From the human T2T-CHM13v2.0 reference genome, Homo sapiens, in the NCBI RefSeq assembly GCF_009914755.1, contig NC_060936.1: 64,000 nt of DNA, one strand, 5' to 3'. The notes under the pieces were generated by a model that was not told where the DNA came from, made no database searches, and worked only from the letters and a program-made list of their open reading frames with translations. Positions within the stretch are counted from its first letter, which is position 1; every line of letters begins with the position of its first letter. Made by a program: the position numbers and the translations under genes. This document shows positions 57,201-64,000 of this stretch, piece after piece.

Positions 57201-60200
57201 TTCGGTTCATGTTCTTGAATTAATGCTATCTCATAGTTCATAACTGATCTGGAAAAATGTCAGTGTATCACTCATTCTTACTGGATCATTCATCTTTTAA
57301 AACTACTGTTTTTCATTTATTAATCTAAAACATGATTAATATTGCATACATAGCTACTACTCCTAAAGGTCACATGTGGTTCTCAATACCACACATGAAT
57401 TTAGGAAGACCTGATCCTCATCACAGGAAACCTTTAGTCTGTAAATGGTTCACCTGCAAAGATTTAACAGGAGAAAAAACTCAACGTTTCAATTTACACA
57501 TTGATCAGCAATAGAAAGCTATTTCAAAATGTGAGGAAATAATAGTATTTTAATTTTATTAGCAAATAGTGTTTACTTGACATTTTGTATGCATCTGCTG
57601 ACAGTTTTCTTAATCAATCATCCTCTGCACTAACCCTAACACCCCATTGGTTGATAAAATCTTTTCACCACATAATTTTGAGTAGAATGGAAAAAAATAA
57701 ATAAAGAAAAAGTTTTCAGACAAGCCCATAGAGTTAAAAATATTGAAGTTAACAAAGGAAGTTAGAAAAGATGAGACTGGGGATGGGAGAAAGGGGAAAG
57801 ACAGATGTCGAGAGACACATACATGATTGAGACTATGAGTAGGGTAGAGAAGGGAAAAACCTAAAGATAATGCATTTTAGCATCTTCCTCATTTCAGTAT
57901 CACATTAAATATACAATAAAGATTTCCAGGTTTCTCTCTTTTAACTAGAAATGTGCTCTACTCTTAGTTCCATTTCTAAGCCACTATAGGTATTAAACAG
58001 CAATTTACATGTGATTTGCATATTTTTTTGTACTTGTGGTTTTGGTAAGTCTTCCAAACCTAATGACGGTTCCTTTGGCCAGCAACATAAATGCTATAAT
58101 CACACAATTATTGTGCTGGGAACAGTTTAATTCAGCATTTTGTTCTCAACCACAGAACAATTTCTCAACAATTTTGGTTAACCAGACTAGCTAGCTGCCT
58201 GGAGAGAAAGAGAAATATTCACAAGATCTATTGTCTTACATAAAGGCAGCTACTAGATCTGCTGGAACTTCCTAGTATTGCTTTGCTCACTTCTCTTTAG
58301 GATCTCTCACATATCTGTCCTACAAAAAAATGACAAACTGCAGGTTTTCCTTTAAGGACTTGCTATTTGTTCAGTTCTTTTAATTACACATTTCCATACT
58401 TTTTAAAGAACATGAGGTTTTGGTGTGTCTGGAAATATAGGCCTATAGAAAAATGTACTTTAAAAACATTTAATAAATGATCCTGATACAAAGAACTGCA
58501 AATTCAAAAGTGTAAGTTCAAAACTCTTCCTTACAGCTATCCTGTAGTGCTTAAAGTGATGGTAAAGGCTTCCCAACTGCGGGTGATCTCATCTGTCATT
58601 TAAATTACATGACTTCCTAACTGTGCAACTGGCTTAATGTCAACCTTCATTCTATATTTTTAATTTTGAAAATAGAAATGAAAGCATTTACCATAAGCAT
58701 GGCTGCTAAATGTTCTTTTTGCATTGTTATTTTAATATTAATTTATCAGAATGGAAAAGTGTGGGCTGAGCATATTGCTATAAAAATACTTAGAGATGCA
58801 GTATCAAATAATTTATGTACTTGTGTAAAATATGTATTGAAATTATCATCTTCCTTGACTATTTCTCATAGTAAAGACAACCATTAACTTAGCATCATGT
58901 CACACTTCATAGGTCTTGAAGCTACTCAAAGTTGTCTATAGTGAACTGAGTCAGTGAGTAGTCAAAGGTTGTAGTGACAGAAAATAGGCAACCCTAAAAG
59001 AAGGCCTTCTTTTCTCTCCTGCTGTTTTTTTCTTCTACTCCCTTTCTTTGTTTTCTTCTGTTTCTTCTTTCTATTCTCCTGCTTTAACTTTAGAAGACAG
59101 AGAAAAGGGTAGAGAAATTATAATCTCACGGTTAGAGAAATCCTAAGTATAGTAAACAGCAAAGTTCTGGTTTTTCCACATAAAGATACTCTCTGAAAAC
59201 CAGAAAAGAGCTCAAACATAAAGATAACCCCTTAAATCAACAGGTGAAGACAAAATAGGACCTGAGAATTCTGGCAACTTAAAATTTTAATTGTGTGTCT
59301 CTATACATTTGAATAAGCAAGTAAAAATAATGTAGTGAAATACATTATCCAAAGGTTCTAAATGCCCAGATTATTCACTTCTTAAAGTATGTTAGTCTAG
59401 TAAGAACCTTACATGGTTTCTCATATTTTTTCTAGCTCTAAAAATCCTTTTTGTCCCCCCCCCCAAAAATCTAATACAGAACCCTAATTATGAAAGCTTA
59501 GCACGGGAAGCTCAGGTCATCCACAATGACCTGGTTCTCCCTCTCAATACCATGATCCCATCCCAGCAGCCCCCTGGAGGGACTCCATGGACCCCATGAG
59601 GTATTATCAAAATAATTTGAAACTACTGATTTACCATGTGACTTCATTGTAATTATTCAATACCAACATCTGATATAGTTGATAAAGTAGGAGATATTGT
59701 GTCTAATTAACACAATCAAGTATTCACTTATTGACTATCAGCTGCAGTAATGCACGAGCCTATTCCAACTTAGAGTCTTCATGTCTCCTAAATAAAAATT
59801 CAATAAAACACAACAATCTTCCATACAACAGGCACAGAATTAATTTCCCTTTAAGCATGAAATTCATTTACCATATTGTATAAGTCCCTGGTATAATTTC
59901 TAATTCTTTAATCCAGGTAATGAAGTGAGCTATAATTAGAGAGCAAACATTTGTAGAACAGAGCAGTCTATAAAAAGAGAATGCTGAAATAGTATCAGGT
60001 TCTTTTGAATGAATATAACTCAATTTACTGCAAAATTTATGCTAAAGAATGAGCCAGATATTAAATTCAGAATGAAAAAAAATTGTCTATATCCTTGCCA
60101 CTTCCTGGTTAATTTGGCTGAGGGCCAATTTTCCAATGTTATGACCATCCTGTAGCCCCAGTAAGTGTTTTATTTATTTATTTTTGTATTGCATAAAAAT

Positions 60201-61444
60201 ATCAGCTTAAGAAGGGAAATGTGAAATGGATGACATATTTTAGAACAGCTTCTCCCAGAATACAAAAATATTCCCCAACTAAAAACTGAAACAAATAGTA
60301 GAACTACCAAGCAATGCCAATTGGCGACTCTCTAATGCCATTCAAACTTCACAAATACTGGGCTCTCAAACTGATTTTAATTATTCAAAAGAAAACTAGG
60401 AAATGGTTCAAATATCAATTGCTTTCACAGAAATACAAATTCTCTTTTAAGAAAAGCATATGACATATCCTTTCTATATCCTATTACATTGCAGTAATTA
60501 CCTGTTCAGTTGTTTATGAACAGGGCCATAGCAAAAAAGGAAATTCTTTTTCCTTTTTTGGAAATTCTGATAGCAATCATCAAGACTATGCCTCTTGAAA
60601 GTTATTATTGATATAGGATGTAAAATATGTGAAAATAGATATATTTTCCATTGAAAACTGGAGGAGACAACAACAGTAAATAAAACATGGTTCACTACGT
60701 CCAGGTACGTTTCCAATAGAACAAATTCCAGGGATAATTTAAAAAAGGTTTCTGTTGACAGGCAGTCTTTATTTAAGAAAAACAGCCTCTGGTGTGGTGT
60801 AGTGTCAAGTTATACATGGATTATTGTAAACTCAGTTTGCTACTAAAGATTTATTTTACTATTTGGCATAGGGTTTATGTTAAGAGATTCTGTATATTTT
60901 GTACTGAGATTCAATGATACAGCACTATGCCATCTAAATGGCTTCCTACGTATTATAAATATGCACTAGTCACAGTAATACCACTTAACATCAAAAAAAT
61001 TGAATGGGCCTACATGTGTCGTCACTAAGGAGCAAAACTTGTATTTTCAAGGCAGAATTTTGTGAACATAAAGCAAAATAATTTATGATTAAAATTACTG
61101 GAGCTCCTGAAATGCACGCTGATGTCCAACCTTTGGAAGTTTGTGTATATATACAGGCATGAAAGCATATATATAAATATATGTGTATACGGTGTCATAT
61201 AGTATGATACACACGCACGATATTATACTAAATAAAGAAAAGAAACAACAGCATTGCGTTTTTTAAAAAGCACTTTTCGGATAAGCTGATCCTAAAAGAA
61301 AACAATGTTTTCAATGACTTAATAAACCCTACAGCACTTTCAATAAGCAAGGGACTCACAGAATTTTAAATATATCTAAACCCTTAAATAATAAATCTGA
61401 ACCTGTATTTTCAGAATCTGGTTTTCAACATGAGTCATTCATTC

Positions 61445-61690
61445 CCAGAAATCCTGGGTCCTATGGTTGGCTGATGGTAGCACTCTAAATTAGTAGCTAC
61501 ACAATGGAGAGCTTATATGATTGCAATGGTCCATATCCAGTAAAACTACCTAAACACACTGAATAATGAGCTCAATCTATAATAATTGAAAAAGAACCAT
61601 TTACAGCTGCATACCACATATGACCATCTCTACAATGGCTGCAACGAAGCACTGGGGACTATTTTCTCTGAATCAGTGTGTTATTGGGTA
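61445..61690 (+). mobile_element. Possible ancient amniote SINE-like repeat (MER131/AmnSINE2 type, uncertain)
   Basis: ggtccatatccagtaaaactacc...tgaataatgagctca...aatggctgcaacgaagcactggg resembles a recalled ancient SINE core and tail. Family not certain. Confidence 0.35.
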
Positions 61691-62604
61691 GTGCCAGTTC
61701 ACTTTTTTTTTTTTTTCATTTTAACAAAAAGGTTTTGTTTGGTGTTTCAATCAGCCTGCCACTGATCACCTTTCACATATTAGCCTCTCCCCTAGAATAC
61801 TCTAGACAATAGTATTGGTTCCATCTGTGCTTCCCATTAAATCCTGATAATCCTTTAAGAAACAGCTGGACCTTTGGGTCCCAAACACAAACTCTTTCTG
61901 TAGATCTATTTGGCTACAATTATGCTGATGCTGTACTTACATCTTGCTTGCAAATGCCTTTTATATGGTCCCTTGGGGCTGTGAAATAGAATGGCCTGAC
62001 ATCACCAATTCAGCAATACAATGATATAGTTCTCATCTCAATTATAATGTGATATTTAGTCACCTCTAATACCGAGCTGCACTTGGAAAATTATTTTTTA
62101 GACATGTGACAACATTAATGACAAGTTTCCAACTACACTGTATTATTAAATAATCAGGAAGTAACATCTTCACTTAATCAAATGGTTCTGATACACTCTC
62201 AGTATTGGAAACACTGAAATTTTACGTTTTACTCAAGCAATTACAGTGAGCAGTGAGAATAGTAACTTGTTCTTCCAGTGTAAAATAATTTCATTAGATT
62301 CACCTGACTACATAGCAATACTAAAAATTAATGGCAAAATAGGAATGGTTGTAAAGTTATATGAGTGGCCTAACCAGTATCTGCAACTAGTGGTTTCCTA
62401 TGCCTCACTTACATTCTATACCTCTCTCTATCCCTTATTTATTTTCCAATAGTTTAGCAAATTATCAGAGGTCCTTTGCTAAGGACACACTGCCCAAGTA
62501 ATTGCTACGAATTGGGCCTCAATTTTGCCATTTTTGTAGGAATCATTCTATCATTAACTAGAAAAATGGATCTTAATATGTCCACAATAATGTAAATATC
62601 ACAT

Positions 62605-62730
62605 ACATGTACTAGACCTTGAGATTTATGAGGTCAGGAATTCTTTCTTGTGTGCAGTATTATCTTTTCCATTTCAAAAAGTATCTGAAAGTGTAGGCGT
62701 GTTCAATAAATGTCTGCTGAATGAACAACC
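62605..62730 (+). mobile_element. L2 3' end
   Basis: actagaccttgagatttatgaggtcagga...gttcaataaatgtctgctgaatgaa. Confidence 0.7.
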
Positions 62731-64000
62731 AAATAGATGAGAGTATATCCTTTCTAAAAAAAGATCAGGAATTTTTGTACAACTTTTCCCATCAATTCCA
62801 ATATTTCACAAGCATCTCTTTCAGAAAATTATTATCTGACAGAAATCCCCAAGCTAGTGTAAGCTCATTTGTTTTTGTTTTACCTTCCAGGTATACTGAA
62901 ATAGCTCTTTCACATATCTAACGGTCACTACTAAGTCAATATCAATTTTTTTAGGCCATTTAGAGCTAATCTGTTTAGCCCTTCTTAATGCTTAAGTCGT
63001 CTTTGTTTTCTCCTCCCCAACCATTTGGCTACAGCATTATCCTACGGGTATAGTTAAATTCTTACTTAGGAGCTACTTTCTGATATCCAAATTGTATATT
63101 CTTAATTACATTTTTTTGTTGTTGTTGTTGCATATGCTGTCAAAACCAACTTTTTAAAAGCTTGGCAAATGTGATAGCTGCCCGCTGCTGAGCTTTTAAT
63201 CTTCTGTGACTCAGGGCTGCTGCTTCTGTCCTCATTCATAGCCCAATATTCAAATACTGTTTATTTACTTTTTCCCCTGTATGTGCACTGCCATATACTA
63301 CTTTTATTATTGACTATGCTTCTTCAATTTACTTAAGTCATTGTTAATTCTAATTAATCTCTGGAGTTCTGATCACCTCTTCTCATCTATTTTTATGCTT
63401 TTATTGTCAGATTAAACTTAATTAGTGCATTCTCTATCATGTCATTCCAGTTGTAAGTCTTTTTCCTATCTCCCAAAAATACATGCCATATACATCACCT
63501 CATCTGCTGTTTGAGCTTTGTCATGATACGAAGATGAGGAAAATGTAGAAAAATAAAAATACATTGTTAAGGAAAGATACAAGGAGAAAGAAACATGAGA
63601 GAAGAGAATAAGGAATGAAGGATTTGGAAGTATGTCCTAGAGTCCGGTGAATAAATAAATTCTCACAGTGAGAGATATGTTTAATTCAGAAAAAATACAT
63701 TTAAGACGCATTGCTGGCACTGAGGCTACCTGGAGGAAATGCTTTTTCAGATTCGCATATATACATCCAATTTCTTGTTGATATTGTTTATTTCACAATG
63801 ACTTTACATTCAACATGAATAAAACTGAGCCCTTTTCCATATGGAATCTGCTTCTAATGCATATAATCACTACCTCAAGTTGGGTCAGTCACTTCATCAA
63901 TAGAGTAATTTCACTAATTCCTATTCAACATTCAGTTCAGGCCTCACTTTCTCCAGCAAGCGGTCCCTGAGTCCTTATTCATGCCCCTTGTCTCTTCCCA

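Overview
Human genomic DNA (an AluYa5 with all five diagnostic bases marks it as human). The whole window lies inside the SOX5 gene on the minus strand. Only two coding exons are present: 39367-39247 (121 nt, [40 protein letters not shown]) and 14696-14611 (86 nt, [29 protein letters not shown]). They join in frame across a 24,550-nt GT-AG intron; from memory they are exons 7 and 8 of the long isoform. The rest is AT-rich intron with Alu, L1, L2, MIR, MaLR LTR, Tigger1, MER82, MER85 and hAT relics plus microsatellites. Nearly all ORFs in the supplied track are spurious or repeat-derived, and I see no new protein-coding system. The best leads are a probable AmnSINE1 copy (possible exapted enhancer), a complex templated insertion with 42-bp inverted arms inside an old L1, candidate SOX5 poison exons, a candidate intronic poly(A) site giving an HMG-less SOX5, a NAGNAG acceptor, a MER85 (CSB-PGBD3 target family) and several TF-motif clusters. 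Repeat subfamily calls come from remembered consensus sequences, and boundaries of old repeats are approximate.
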